This document shows, piece after piece, positions 17,476 to 30,151 of a DNA stretch of 64,000 bases (position 1 is the first letter of the stretch; each line of letters begins with the position of its first letter). The notes under the pieces are model-generated. The model made no database searches and had not been told where the DNA came from. It worked only from the letters and a program-made list of their open reading frames with translations. A program made the translations under genes and the position numbers. Source of the stretch: Azolla caroliniana (Eukaryota; Plantae; Polypodiophyta); NCBI GenBank assembly GCA_043228905.1, contig JBHGNT010000013.1, positions 8,804,001 through 8,868,000 of the forward strand, read 5' to 3'.

Positions 17476-17537
17476 TGACGTGGCGCTCCCTTTGTGTCAC
17501 GTGGCATGCGGCCGGCCTGCTGATCCGTCCACGTGGC
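17476..17537. promoter_or_regulatory. Cluster of three ACGTGGC (G-box/ABRE-type) motifs upstream of FBPase
   Basis: TGACGTGGC at 17476, CACGTGGC at 17498 and CACGTGGC at 17530, i.e. 220-280 bp upstream of the ATG; ACGTGGC is the canonical bZIP/ABRE core. Confidence 0.6.
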
Positions 17538-17625
17538 GCCTCACTCTTTTGGGTTGTATTGATGGAGAGTTGAAAAATATTTTGCTTTTCCGTGCGTGTG
17601 GACACCAACACTCACATATTCAGCC

Positions 17626-17656
<31 letters not shown>

Positions 17657-17994
17657 CTGTTCCTTATTATTGCTATATGCAACGCCCATGGAAGTCTACC
17701 CCCCCACCCCCAAACTCAAGAAAACAACAAAATTGGTCTTTGAGCTCTCCTATATTCTTTCTTCTACTTGTACCCATATGTATATATATATATCTTCCTT
17801 GGAAGGTCATCCTCTACTCTCCATTCGATGCTACTTACCATGTACCTCCTCCTACCTGTATAAGACTGCCCACATTAGCTCTCGTTCCAAGATGACAAGG
17901 AGCTTCATTGACAACAGTACATTGCACATTTTCTATTGATTCAACATCAAAAAACCCCCATACCTCCACTTTGCTCTCCTACACCATTTCACTC

Positions 17995-18748
17995 CATGTA
18001 GAGAACGTAATGCTCACCGATGAGGGGGAGCCGGAAAGCTTCGAAGAAGCAAAGAAAGACACCCACATCCACAAGTGGTTGAGTGCCATGCAGGACGAGA
18101 TGGATTCCCTACCTGAGAACCACACATACGAACTGACGGAGTTGTCAAAAGGAAAGAGGGCACTCCGGAACAAGTGGGTGTACAAGCTGAAACCGGGAGA
18201 CGTCGGAAATCAACCAAGGTACAAAGCTCGGATCGTGGTGAAGGGGTTCCAATAGAAGAAAGGAGTGGATTTCATCAAGATCTTCGCCCCGGTAGCAAAG
18301 ATGACATCCATCCAGATGGTATTGAGCATGGCGGTAAGCATGGACCTCGAGGTAGAGCAACTGGACGTCAAGACGGCATTCCTACATGGCGACCTCGAAG
18401 AAGAGATTTACATGCATCATTCGGAAGGATTTGAGAAGAAAGGGAAGGAGCAACTGGTGTGCCGGCTGAAGAAGAGCTTATACAGATTGAAGCAAGCCCC
18501 CCGACAATGGTATCGGAAGTTCGACTCCTTCATGACCGACCAAGGGTACCACAAGATGCAAGCCGATCACTACGTGTTTGTGATGAAATTTGACAGAGGA
18601 GATTTCCTGATATTGCTCTTGTACATGGACAACATGTTGATCGTTGGACGAGACCAAGTCAAGATACGAATGCTAAAGAAGGCTCTAAACCAGACCTTCT
18701 CAATGAAAGAATTGGGTCCGGCAAGACAGATTTTGGGGATGCACATCA
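17995..18748 (+). pseudogene. Isolated copia RT fragment related to element B
   Basis: Translation LTDEGEPESFEEAK...QLDVKTAFLHG...LGPARQILG closely matches the RT of B; no LTRs. Confidence 0.9.
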
Positions 18749-21700
18749 TGGTTGATGATGAGTCGTGGACATCATTGATGACACCCCAATATTCCATGTG
18801 AACGAAGTATGGATTGGCCAATATCCGGTAATGTAGTTGTCAAAGATTGCTTGCGGAAGCATTAGAAAGAACAATACACAAAGAGAGAGAGAGAGTACGC
18901 AGGAGAGAGAGAGAGAGAGAGGGAGCAGGACACACTATTCTTCAAAATTATATGAATACTCTGTGCTCTGTATCTACAACGTGCTCATCAGCGCTATTTA
19001 TACAAGTCCACACGGGACTGTTAGAAGTACGGTGTACTACAATGCTCACACGAGCATCTGACACTAACTACGAGACTATAACTGCCTAGTAGTCTAACCT
19101 ATACTAGGCTTCCGGTTACGGATTGGATCCGTCATACCGGCTCCCTAGCTCACTAGTCCTTACTGCTTACCGGCTCGGTTGCTCACCGGCATACCGATTC
19201 ATCTCGATTACCGGCTCAGGCTTATTCAGCCGATCTGGCTCCGGTTGAGCTTGCCACTCAACACTCCCCCTCAAGCTCAACCTGAGGTAGGGTCGTAGTG
19301 TCAACCTTTGTGGCAGCCGGTTCTTCCAACTTACTTCTCCTGGCGTCGCTTCGCCTTGCTTGCGCTCCTTGTCCGGTCCGGTCCCGTTTGCTGCGATGGC
19401 ATCGACTTCCGCTGCGTCCGTGTCTCCTTGGCCTCTCATTGATCTGACTCATCCGGATCCGTCTGTTGATCCGAATCGGCTGTCTCCGACTCGTTCCAGC
19501 TCTTGTCCGAATCGGTATCCTCCGATTCTATTTTCGGCTTCAGGCCTGTCACCACATCGGACCACGTCCGGGTCTTGGCCTTCTCCGTGCTTCCCTTGGC
19601 TTCTTCAGCCGGTTCACCGAAGTCGAATTCTTCATTCGACTCCGCATCATGGACATTACGATCGTGATGACCTCTGCATAGCATGCACTTCTCTTCCTGA
19701 GTGTACACTTCTTCTTCACAGCCTCTCACTCCGACCTGTTCGGATGTGCCGACTTCCTTCGTCGACTTGGCTTCATTTTTCTTCTTGTCTCCACCTCTAC
19801 CGGTTCTTCTCTTACCTACGGGTTCAACAGTTTTTTTGCCTTTGCCCGTTTTGGTAGTGTCTTTGCCCTTGCGTCTCCCCCTCAAGTGCAGCACGTCGAG
19901 ATGCTGAACACCAATCATTTCGGTAAAGTGCTGCAACTTGTCCGACCCGAGTGGCTTGGTGAAGATGTCGGCAACTTGCCAATCTGTGTGAACATACCGT
20001 AGTTCAACTTCACCGCTCAGGACCCGCTCACGCACGAAGTGATAATGCACTTCTATGTGCTTTGTGCAAGCATGGAACACAGGGTTCTTGGCGAGCTGCA
20101 TGCTGCTGAGGTTATCGCAGTAGATCAGGATCGGGGTCGGTACCTCCATCCGCAGAGCTTGCAGTAGTCGCCGAAGCCAAATGGCTTCGCAGGTGGCAAT
20201 GGTCGCGCCCCGGTATTTAGCCTCAGTGCTGGATAGAGCCACTGTTGGCTGCTTTTTGTTGTTCCACACAACAGCCGCACTCCCAAGAGAAAACATAAAG
20301 CCGGAAGTTGAGCGACGATCCGTTGCATCACCAACCTAGTCGGCATCCGTGTAGCCGACAAACTCTTCGGTTATACCTTGTCAGTATAAGAGCCCTTGGT
20401 CCTTAGTGCCGCTTACATACCTCAGTATACGTTGCGCGCACTGAAGGTGCTCCACGGTCAGCTTCTGCATGAATTGGCTTACCACTCCGACCGGATAGCT
20501 AATGTCGGGTCGGGTGATGGTCAAGTAGATCAGGCTTCCGACTATTTGTCGGAACCGTTTCTCATCGCAGGCTGGTCTGGAGTTGGGACGGATCTTCTGA
20601 TTCCGGTCCAGGGGTGTGGAGACAGGTTGGCATTCCGTCATGCTGAACTTGTACAATATATTCAACACATAATAGCGTTGAAAAAGCAATATGCCGTCAG
20701 GGGTGTGGATCACCTCGATCCCCAAAAAATAATGAAGGTCCCCCAAGTCCTTCATATCAAATGCGTCCGACAACTGGGACTTGACGTGGTTGATTTCCGG
20801 AAGACCTGGGCCGGTGATGACTAAATCATCAACATAGAGTAAGATACATACCAGACCGTTTGAGCCTCGACGGATGAACAGGGAAGAGTCCGACTTAGAG
20901 GAACCAAACCCCATCTTTCGCAATCGGTGCGTGATCGTAGCATTCCAAGCACGCGGGGCTTGCTTCAAACTGTACAACGACTTCCTCAGCCGGCATATCG
21001 CCGACTTGTTCACCTCCGACTGAAATGTGGGGGGCTGAGTCATAAAGACTTCTTCTTCAAGATCTCCTTGAAGGAAGGCATTCTTCACATCCATCTGATG
21101 AAGATGCCACCCCCTTGCCGCAACAACCGCCAGTACCACACGAACCGTCGTCATCTTCGCTACAGGAGCGAAGGTCTCGTCGTAGTCGATTCCGTGGGTC
21201 TGCGCATATCCCTTCGCCACTAACCGGGCCTTGTACCGGTTAACTGTATCGTCGGCATTGTACTTTACCTTGTGCACCCACTTGCATCCGATCGGTTTAC
21301 AGTGACGGGGAGGGTCAACCAGGTCCCAAGTTCCGTTGGCATCCAGTGCCCGCATTTCTTCCTCCATAGCGGCACGCCAATTTGCGTCCTTTGCCACTTC
21401 TACGTAGCTCTCCGGCTCACGCACTTCCACGACCTTGGTCATGTACGCATAATGATGCACCATGTACTCGTTATACTCGTACCATTTAACGGGATCCTTC
21501 TGGCGGGTGGACCGGGGTAACTCACCGTTACCCGGTATGAGACCCTTCTTGGCTGGTTCAGTCTTCGTTCCCGAACATCTGCTTGTGTCCTTGCCGAAGT
21601 CAAATATGCACCGATCCGACTCATCATTGTCGGTCTCGAATTCCGGCGTCTTTTGCTTCTCTTTCTCTTTGCGTGTGAACCATCTCCTCGGTTCCTTGCG

Positions 21701-22713
21701 CGGGGAGAGCATGACAGAGTCTCCACTACTCGCCGTCTCATCATCTGACTGGTTGGACTGATCCAGTCTCTCATTCGGTCCGCCTAACCGGAATGATTCG
21801 GGACTCTCATCTTGAGTCCCGGCTTCATCTTTCTCTACCTGGGCTGGTTCGGGCTCACTAGCCCCATCCTCCGACATCGGGTCGAGATCAGAAGTCGGAG
21901 TCGGTAAGGAATACCACGATGCCGATTCATCAAACTCGACATCTCGGCTGACTCGGACCTGCTTCGTCCGGGGGTTATAACACTTATACCCCTTTTGCTC
22001 TTGAGCATAGCCGACTAGGATGCATTTTTCCGATTTTGCATCCAGCTTTCTCTACTTCTCATCCGACACATGTACATAGGGTACACTGCCGAATATCCGG
22101 AGGTGTCTCAAATTCGGCTTGCGCCTGAAATACAGCTCGTGAGCTGACACCTTGTCCCCGAGCGGGTTCTGGATGTAAACGGCCGTTTGGACCGCCTCGG
22201 CCCAGTAGAACTTGGGCATGCTCTTTTCCTCCAACATTGCCCTAGCCGCGTCAATCAACAACCGATTCTTCCTTTCGGCCACACCATTCTGTTGCGGTGT
22301 GTATCTGCAGCTGAATTCTCGCCGGAAAGTTGTTGAAGATAGTTGTTGAATTGGCCGGAAAAGTACTCTTTTCCGCCATCCGACCGTAGCCATTTGATCT
22401 TCCTCTCCGATTCCCGTTCCACCATCTTCTAGAGGCTCCGGAAACACTCGAAGACTTCGCTCTTCCGCTCAATGAGGTAGATCCACGTATCCCGCGTGTA
22501 GTCGTTGATGAAGGAGAGGAAATATCGACTCCCGCCACTGCTAACATTTTGTGCCGGTCCCCACACATCCGAATGGATAAGATCGAGCTTGTTACGGCTT
22601 CGATTTCTTTCGGTGGGGAATGGAAGCGGGTGTTGCTTCCCAGGTTGGCAGGCTTCACAAATCTGGGCTCTCCGGCCGCTAAACTTCAGCAAACCGAAAA
22701 CGATTTGTTCCGT

Positions 22714-23356
22714 TGTCGAGGTATTCCTCGCGGATGCGTGGAATGAGGCGGGGCTCGGGGGTCTTGTACCGAAGAGCAAGAGACAAAGGAGAAGGGAAGA
22801 GATCCACTACGTGCGAGCGTAGATTCACAGGGACACGGCCCTTCGACACAAAGACGCGAGTGGGACACCGACGCAGAGAGACACGAATGTAGGTATATAT
22901 ATATTAACAAAGACAAACAACAAGAAGCACGAAATCGGTTACAACCGAACAGGCCGGCGAACAGATGCCGATGCCTGTTCGTAAACGCTGAGAAAGAAAG
23001 GAGTAGGTTGGAGGTGCTCCCGGAAGCACTCGGGCATTCCTCAGAGCAGCACAAGCCTCCCGAAAACCTGCATAGAAAGAAGCTACGGAGTTTGGAAGAG
23101 AGAGAAGCCTTCGGCCGACAACCCGACAACACTTCGTCCTCTCTATCCGCGATCCCTTCCTCCTCCTCGTCTCCCTCCTTTTATAGGCCAGAAAGGAGTC
23201 GTTTCCCATTAACTTCCTTCCTACCGAATCTACCTACCTAGGATCTTCTGTGTACCTAATTCTCTCTTATGTACAACATAAGGAGTACGTGCATGAAGAG
23301 CCGGTTCCTACGCTCTGGTGCACCGATTCTGTTTGTGGACGGTTTTCTTCACGACA
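22714..23356. mobile_element. Solo LTR (643 bp) inserted in the integrase region of C
   Basis: Termini TGTCG...CGACA; 4-bp TSD CCGT at 22710-22713 and 23357-23360; removing it restores collinearity of C with A. Confidence 0.85.
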
Positions 23357-24515
23357 CCGTTTGCAGGACTTGAAGCCTCCGGTAGTTGACGTGGCCGATC
23401 CGCTTGTGCCACAGGTCGATATCCGACTCGACCTTCTGTCCTTTGGCGAAGTGCGGTGCCGACGTCATTGGTGTTGAGGATAAACATCCTCCCATCTTTG
23501 CGCCCTTGCGCAATAACTTCGCCCTCATCCTCAATGAAGCACCCGAGGTGCGTAAACCGCACCTGCATCCCCTGGCCGACTATCTGTCCGACCGACACCA
23601 GGTTCTTCGTGATCGTCGGAACATGTAATACATTCATCATTTTCCCGCTCTGTCTGACGTGGTTCAAAGGGACTTCTCCGACGTGCACGATCGGGTTGGG
23701 AGTGTCGTCTCCGGTTTCGACAACTCCCGGTTGATCCGGCTTCTCCAAAAAGGAGAACCACTCCTCATGGCTCGTCATGTGGTTCGATGCGCCGGAGTCA
23801 ACGTACCACACTTCCTCCGATTTGGAAGTGGTCTTCTTCATTGAGTTTGCCTTGTGCTTCATCACCAAGGCTGGCCACTTACCATTCTTGGATCCTCCCG
23901 ATCCGTTTGCGTAGTGCGAGCTTTGCCGGCATTCCTTACCGGTCTTGCCGGATCCGGATGTGTCCGAATCGGCACGCTTTCTCCAACACTCGCTTTCCCT
24001 GTGGCCCTTTTTACCACAATACCAACATTCTGTAGTGGATTTGTCTTGCCGGCCTCCGACACCACCTTGACTCCCCCTGCTTGTGGAAGTCCCGGAACTG
24101 TTGTCGGCACGCTCACTGTGCCTTCGTTTCTGCTCTTGCCGGCCGCCTCCATTGTGTGCCAACCTGCCTCGTCCACCACGCCCGTGAGACCGATCCGCTC
24201 CCGTGTACAACATCCGGTTGTCTGGGGATTCACTGGTAGATGCACTGGCGTGGTTCTCCTCTACAAGGAACATCTACTGTAAGTCGAAAAATGAGGGCGT
24301 ATTCTCCCTTGTACAAACCGCAGTCCGGAAAGCTCCGAACTTGGACGCCAGGCCTCCAAGACAGACCTGCACCATCTCGTCTTCCTCTACGGTGACGTTA
24401 ATAGAGGCAAGCGAGTCACAGATCCCTTTGATCCGGTCTGTGTAATCTGCCACCGACATGTTCTTCTGTTGAACATTGCTCAACTCCTGTCTGAGTTGCA
24501 GCTTCCGGGCAGTGG

Positions 24516-24567
24516 TGTCACAAACACACCAAGCGCGGTTAGTCCGTGCCTTGGTGTGTCCATGACA
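24516..24567. mobile_element. 52-bp hairpin micro-insertion in gag of C
   Basis: TGTCA...TGACA termini; internal inverted repeat ACACACCAAG/CTTGGTGTGT; TSD AGTGG at 24511-24515 and 24568-24572; absent from the homologous position in A. Confidence 0.8.
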
Positions 24568-25386
24568 AGTGGTGCTTGCGGAGAAGACCTTTTTCAAGTT
24601 TCCCCAAGCATCCTTCGGTGTCTTGGCGTCACGGATATGGCTGAGCAGCTGGTCACTGACACTAGACGTGAAGCAGTACATCACCCTGCTTGCCGCCTGT
24701 TCCCACACTAGGAAGTCCTTGTGTGTCGTCTCCGGTGCTGAGTCGTTCACTCCATCGACATAACTCTAGTAGCCATGCCCAAGCAGGTACTGGTGCATCT
24801 TGTATGACCAAGATGCGTAGTTGGTTCTGTCGAGCTTCTCCATCGGGAGCGACGTAGCCATACCTCTGTCCATTTCTCCTTTTGTGTCTGTTTTCCAATC
24901 TGTTAGGGTTTCCTTCACAAGCGTAGATATCTGCAGCAGAGGTTCTCAACCCACGCGCTCTGATACCATGTTAAAGATTTCTTGCGGAAGCGTTAGAAAG
25001 AACAATACACAAAGAGAGAGAGAGAGAGAGTACGCGGGAGAGAGAGAGAGAGAGCAGGACACACTATTCTTCAAAATTATATGAATACTCTGTGCTCTGT
25101 ATCTACAACGCGCTCATCAGCGCTATTTATACAAGTCCACACGGGACTGTTAGAAGTACGGTGTACTTCAATGCTCACACGAGCATCTGACGCTAACTAC
25201 GAGACTATAACTGCTTAGTAGTCTAACCTATACTAGGCTTCCGGTTACGGATTGGATCCGGCATACCGGCTCCCTAGCTCACCGGTCCTTACTGCTTACC
25301 GGCTCAGGCTTATTAAGCCGATCTGGCTCTAGTTGAGCTTGCCGCTCAACAGTAGTTATCTAAAATTGTATGTTGATAGGTGAAAA

Positions 25387-26016
25387 TACGTTTGCGTTCA
25401 CAAGTGGAAGGATCGCGCATAAATGGAAGGATAAGGAATATTCCATTTGATTTGAGTACTTTTTTAATGATCCAAACACATTGATACCAGTATCATGCAT
25501 TCTCAAATATACTATGAAAAAGGTTAACAATTCACCATTTTCGTGATTTAAAAATAAATTAAAAAAGTGAAAATTAAAAAAGTTACATTCTCAATTTATA
25601 TCACAAACTTTACAACTAGTGTTTTTTTTTATATGAAACGATATTCATAAGAATCGAAAAAATTCAAAACACACGCTTTTATATTACCCGATTTGTTACA
25701 AGCGGAAGGTAGTTACACTTAATAACCAAAAATACATTCATGATCACTCCTATACGGAGAATCACTACTATAACTAATGTACAATGAGGATTCCTCCTAG
25801 TCATCCTCAGATGTACCAATCAATGCATTATCTTCATCATAAACCAAATAGTGTGACTCTAGATTATGTGCAACATATCTCGTTTGCCTTCGACTCGAGC
25901 CACCTTGTAGACCTGGTAATTTTTCTTTTATTATAGTTATTATTGACTTCCTTAAACATCCAACGTTTGTAAGCATGAAGTCATACACGATGATATCCAC
26001 ATCAGAGATATTGTCA
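25387..26016 (-). mobile_element. Probable end fragment of a third Sola-like DNA transposon copy (putative TIR plus transposase tail)
   Basis: 25387-25420 matches 32138-32171 at 29 of 34 nt; the 25797-26016 reading frame (NISDVDIIVYDF...) plausibly continues the transposase that is cut at TLTLDI at 62907. Confidence 0.5.
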
Positions 26017-26020
26017 TGAA

Positions 26021-26340
26021 TGTTAGGAATTCGGTTCCTCTAGATGGGATCTGGATGAGAACCGGAGGAGCCGGATCAGATGAGTCAGATCAAGGAACCG
26101 AATCCGGAAGGGTTCCGGATGAGACCCGGAAACCGGATCGAGTGAATCCAGATGGATCAGGTGCAAACCGGATCAAAGGACATATGTGTAAATATGTTTC
26201 ATGGTTAGCCTATTGAGGTTATATTTGTAAATAGCCCAAAAGTCATATAAGTATAAATATGACTTAGGGCAATCACTTTATAGAGATATGGTGTAGAAGT
26301 GGTTATTGTTAGATGTCGTATATTGTTGTACATAGAGTGA
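26021..26340 (+). mobile_element. Truncated LTR related to the copia B family
   Basis: Starts TGTTAGGAA; shares ATATTTGTAAATAGCC...AAAGTCAT...AGTATAAATATGACTTAGGGCAA with the B LTRs; right boundary approximate. Confidence 0.7.
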
Positions 26341-26515
26341 GATATATATATATATATATATATATATAGAACTTAAAGGATTGCTATTGTTCACATATAC
26401 AAAGAAGTCAGAAGTCAAAGATTAACATTTGTCAACATTCCTCAAATTATACAGTTCACCATATAAATCAATCTATAAGCAAGTATGGTATAGTAGGCTC
26501 TTTAGGAAGAGTTGA

Positions 26516-27720
26516 TTATTCTAGACTGTTCTCATTAGCATCACCTACATGCTCCACTAAATCCTCCATACGTTCAAACTTTGATATATCTTCTAGGTCC
26601 ACAAGGTCCCCTGCTTCTTCATTTGTTGGTTCCATGGGTTCTCTTGAAGTCATCTGGACCCTCTCAGTTTCATTAATGTGTTTGGCTCTAACTTCTTGAT
26701 CTTGATTGGGATAGTCCCAGATACCTTGGATCCTCATTTTGACGGTTTACTTGTGCAGGGTCCTTCTCCAATGCAACACAGTTTCGAAACATTGTTAATG
26801 CACAAGTTGTAGTGGTACCTAATAGCGGAATGGAAGTGAAATCTGAGTAAATTTATATTATATACATGTGCTAGAGAACAAATCTAGAACCCAATCGTCT
26901 AGGTTTGAGAAGAGCTCTATGAGGCGGTTGATTAATCTTTGAGGTTTTTGATAAGGGTTCATAAGACTCTTATCACCTGAAACATGTCGTAACTTCTTGG
27001 CCACAGTTGGGTACATGATATAATTGACCATATTGCGTTCATTAACATGTGCTCGAGCCTTCTTCTTTGTTATTGAATTAGTAGCCCACACAAAGATGTT
27101 CAACCGCACTAACCATACGATCGCTAGGGCTACGTATTCATTTTAATCCTATTGACAAATGAATCCAACGACATGGTTAAAAGATTGAATTTCCAACATA
27201 TAAGAACAAAACTTTTAATATCATAATGTGTAAAAACAAAGTGTAACACATGCATGTGTTCAGTGGCATGACATCGTGACTTCAGAGTAGTTGTGATTGA
27301 TACCGATTGACCCATGCTGTGAAATATGACTATTCTCCATAACGGGGCCAAGGTCAACTCTGTGAAGTCCTTTACCATCTTCTCGATCTGGGGGTACTTG
27401 AAAGGCACATCATCGTATGTTGATCCTGCGATTCAGAATTTATATAGTATGTCAGCTACAAGCAATGTGTAGTGCCTTTTCGATAATAGCTCGAGCATAT
27501 TTGCCACTTCCCCATTGAATACACTATAATGTAATTGTTTAAAATGATAAGATCTATGCAAAAAACTTTTCACTGTCTCCGAGTCTTCCGGCAATTCCAA
27601 CTCCTTTCCCTTTGTCATTCTCTTTTCATACTTAGCACGTTCTAAGTGTGTGATGAACAAACTTGGAATGCTGTGATTACTATCAATAACTTTCTTTGAT
27701 CGAGGTGGTTTCTACAAGTG
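26516..27720 (-). pseudogene. Beta-class N4/N6 DNA methyltransferase pseudogene, copy 1 (5' part lost)
   Basis: YTLLVADILY (motif IV-like), WRIVIFHS, NPYQKPQRLINRLIELFSNLDDWVLDLFSST, intron 26819-26865, then TTTTCALTMFRNCVALEKD; collinear with copy 2. Confidence 0.8.
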
Positions 27721-27821
27721 TCGATTTTGTAAGGAGACAACATAAAAGTTCAATCTATTCAAATTCAAATGACACATACACATTCTTTAAATACAATAAA
27801 GTATTTTTCCAATGCCTTATA

Positions 27822-29305
27822 TGATGAAGTTATTGGGTGTGCGGAATAGTGTGCGGCCACAACTGAGTCTCAATCACTCAATGGAAGAAACAGAAAACAG
27901 AAATAAGACGAATAGAATATTAATGTGGAAAACCCTAATTGGGAAAAAACCATGGGAGTCCTTGGAACTCCGAACAGGATCACTATAGAGGAGAGGTACA
28001 ATGATGTGAGACTTAGAGGCAACAATCTCGTGCTCTATCGTCGCCAACCGGCTGTTACAACAGAAAAACTTTTTATCTCTCTCTCTCTCTCTCTCTCTGT
28101 ATCTCTCTTTGTACAACGATAACAATGTTTTTTCTCATCATCATATAAGAGGATTGCCCTAAGTTATATTTATACTTATATAACTTTAGGGCTATTTATA
28201 AATGTAGCTTCAATGGCTCACATGAGACCTATTTACAAGTTTGTCCCTACTTCCGGTTTACACCGGATCCATCCGGTCCGGTTTCTGGATATCTTCCGGA
28301 TCCCATCCGGAGAGACCGGTTTCCTACCAATCTCCCCCTTCACTCCGGCATGGGATGTCTTGTCAATCCGATCCGTTTCCTCCGTGTGAATCTTTACCAG
28401 CGTGAAGTCTTGCTCTTCTACTCTCTCCTAGAGCCAGTGGTATCTACGTTGGATGTGCTTCGTCTTGGAGTGGTACACCGTATTATTTGCAAGGTAGATG
28501 GCACTTTGACTATCGCATTAGAGACTGAATTCCTCTTGCCGGATCCCTAACTCTCCGATGAAGTCCTTCATCCAGATTACTTGCTGGCCTCAACGATTAC
28601 CATGTACTCCGCGTCCGTTGTAGACAGTGCAACAGACTTTTGTAGCCTTGACTGCCATGATACGGCTCCCCCTACATATGTCATAAAGTATCCGGATGTA
28701 GACCGGATGGTATCTGCATCAACTGACATGTCCGAATCGGTGAAGCCTTCTAGTTGGGGTTTTCCGGAGCCGAATCAAAGGCACATACTCAAGGTGCCTT
28801 ACAGGTACCAGAGTATCCACTTGACCACGGCCCAATGTTCTCTTCTCAGATTGCTCATGAACTGGTTGACCACTTCGACTGCATATCCGATATTTGGTCG
28901 TGTGCACACCATTGCGTATGTATCAAACTTCCGACGTAGAGGCATATGGTATCTTCATCATTTTCGACTTCTCTGCCTTTGTCTTTAGACTCTATCTTCC
29001 GGACAATTTGCAATTTGCTAGAAGTGTCGATCCGACCGGCTTCGCATCCAACATGCTGAATCTTTGAAGCACCTTTGTCATGTACTTCTCCTGTGACCGC
29101 CACAATAGCTTCTTTGTCCGGTCCCGCACTATGTGCATCCCCAATATCTGTCTCGCCAAGCCTAGATCTTTCATTGAGAAGGTCCGGTTCAAGGCCTTCT
29201 TTAGATTCCCGATTTTGATTCGGTCGGGTCCGACGATCAACATGTCGTCCACATACAGGAGTAGTATCATGAAGTCTCCTCTGTCGAACTTCTTCACAAA
29301 TACGT
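27822..29305 (-). mobile_element. Truncated copia remnant (3' LTR, PPT, RT end and RNase H), B-like family
   Basis: LTR at ~27822-28329 with B-like motifs; PPT complement TCTCCCCCTTCAC; LLYVDDMLIVG fragment; boundaries approximate. Confidence 0.8.
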
Positions 29306-29426
29306 GCAAAAAGTAACAAATTACGTGCAAAAAGTAACAAATACTAACAAAAAAAGATGCAAAAACTAACCAAAAGCCATTTAAAACATGAAGAATCTTA
29401 CCAAAAACTATATAAAAATTTCCCAC

Positions 29427-29800
29427 ATTTCAATGAAAATCCAATGCAGTGCATCAAATTTCTAATTGAAAATCCTACATTTCAACTAGAATCTAATTCA
29501 ATGCATTGGATTCTGGTTGAAATGTAGGCTTTTCAACGAAAATCCGATGCATTGCATCGGATTTGAGTGAAAATGCCCAGTTTTCAACTAGAATCCGATG
29601 CACTACATCAAATTCGAGTGCAGGTATACTAGAATCTGATGCAGTGCATCGGTTTCAGGTTGAAATGTAGGCTTTTCAACCAAAGTCCGATGCATTCCAT
29701 CACGTTTGAGAGAAAATGTCCAATTTTCAACTAGAATCCGATGCACTACATCGGATTCGAGTGCAAGTATACTAGAATCCGATACACTACATCAGGATTG
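29427..29800. repeat. Degenerate array of palindromic AATCCGATGCANTGCATCGGATT-like units
   Basis: About 8 variants of the palindrome, with a higher-order period of ~143 bp (GTTGAAATGTAGGC at 29516 and 29659). Confidence 0.8.
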
Positions 29801-30151
29801 TGGATTTTCCTACCACAATTTGATACATATTACAAAATTGATATGGTTAAAAACAATAAATTATTAATGAATTTGAAGAATCTTAATGGAATCTTTTGAG
29901 TTAGGAAGAATATAACCTACCTGACAACTTTCTTTCCCTTGTTCATGTTGATTGGTTTGAGACGAAGTGCTTTTCATTGGTTAAAACTCAATTGTGCTCT
30001 GAGCTCTTAGAATTCGAAGTCGTGATGGTGAGAATGAAGTGTTGACCTTTCCTTATATATAAAAGTTTTAAAAAATATTTTTTTTCATTAAAAACTAATT
30101 TTTGTATAATTTTGCACAATCTTGTATAATCTTTGAAATAGAGGGAGGGTA

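Larger units (their letters stand above)
18838..25351 (-). mobile_element. Ty1/copia LTR retrotransposon C (relative of A, decayed)
   Basis: LTRs 18838-19263 and 24969-25351; TSD GTAGT at 18833-18837 and 25352-25356; iMet PBS at 24957-24968; RT ORF 20381-21877; RNase H ORF 19436-20296. Confidence 0.97.
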
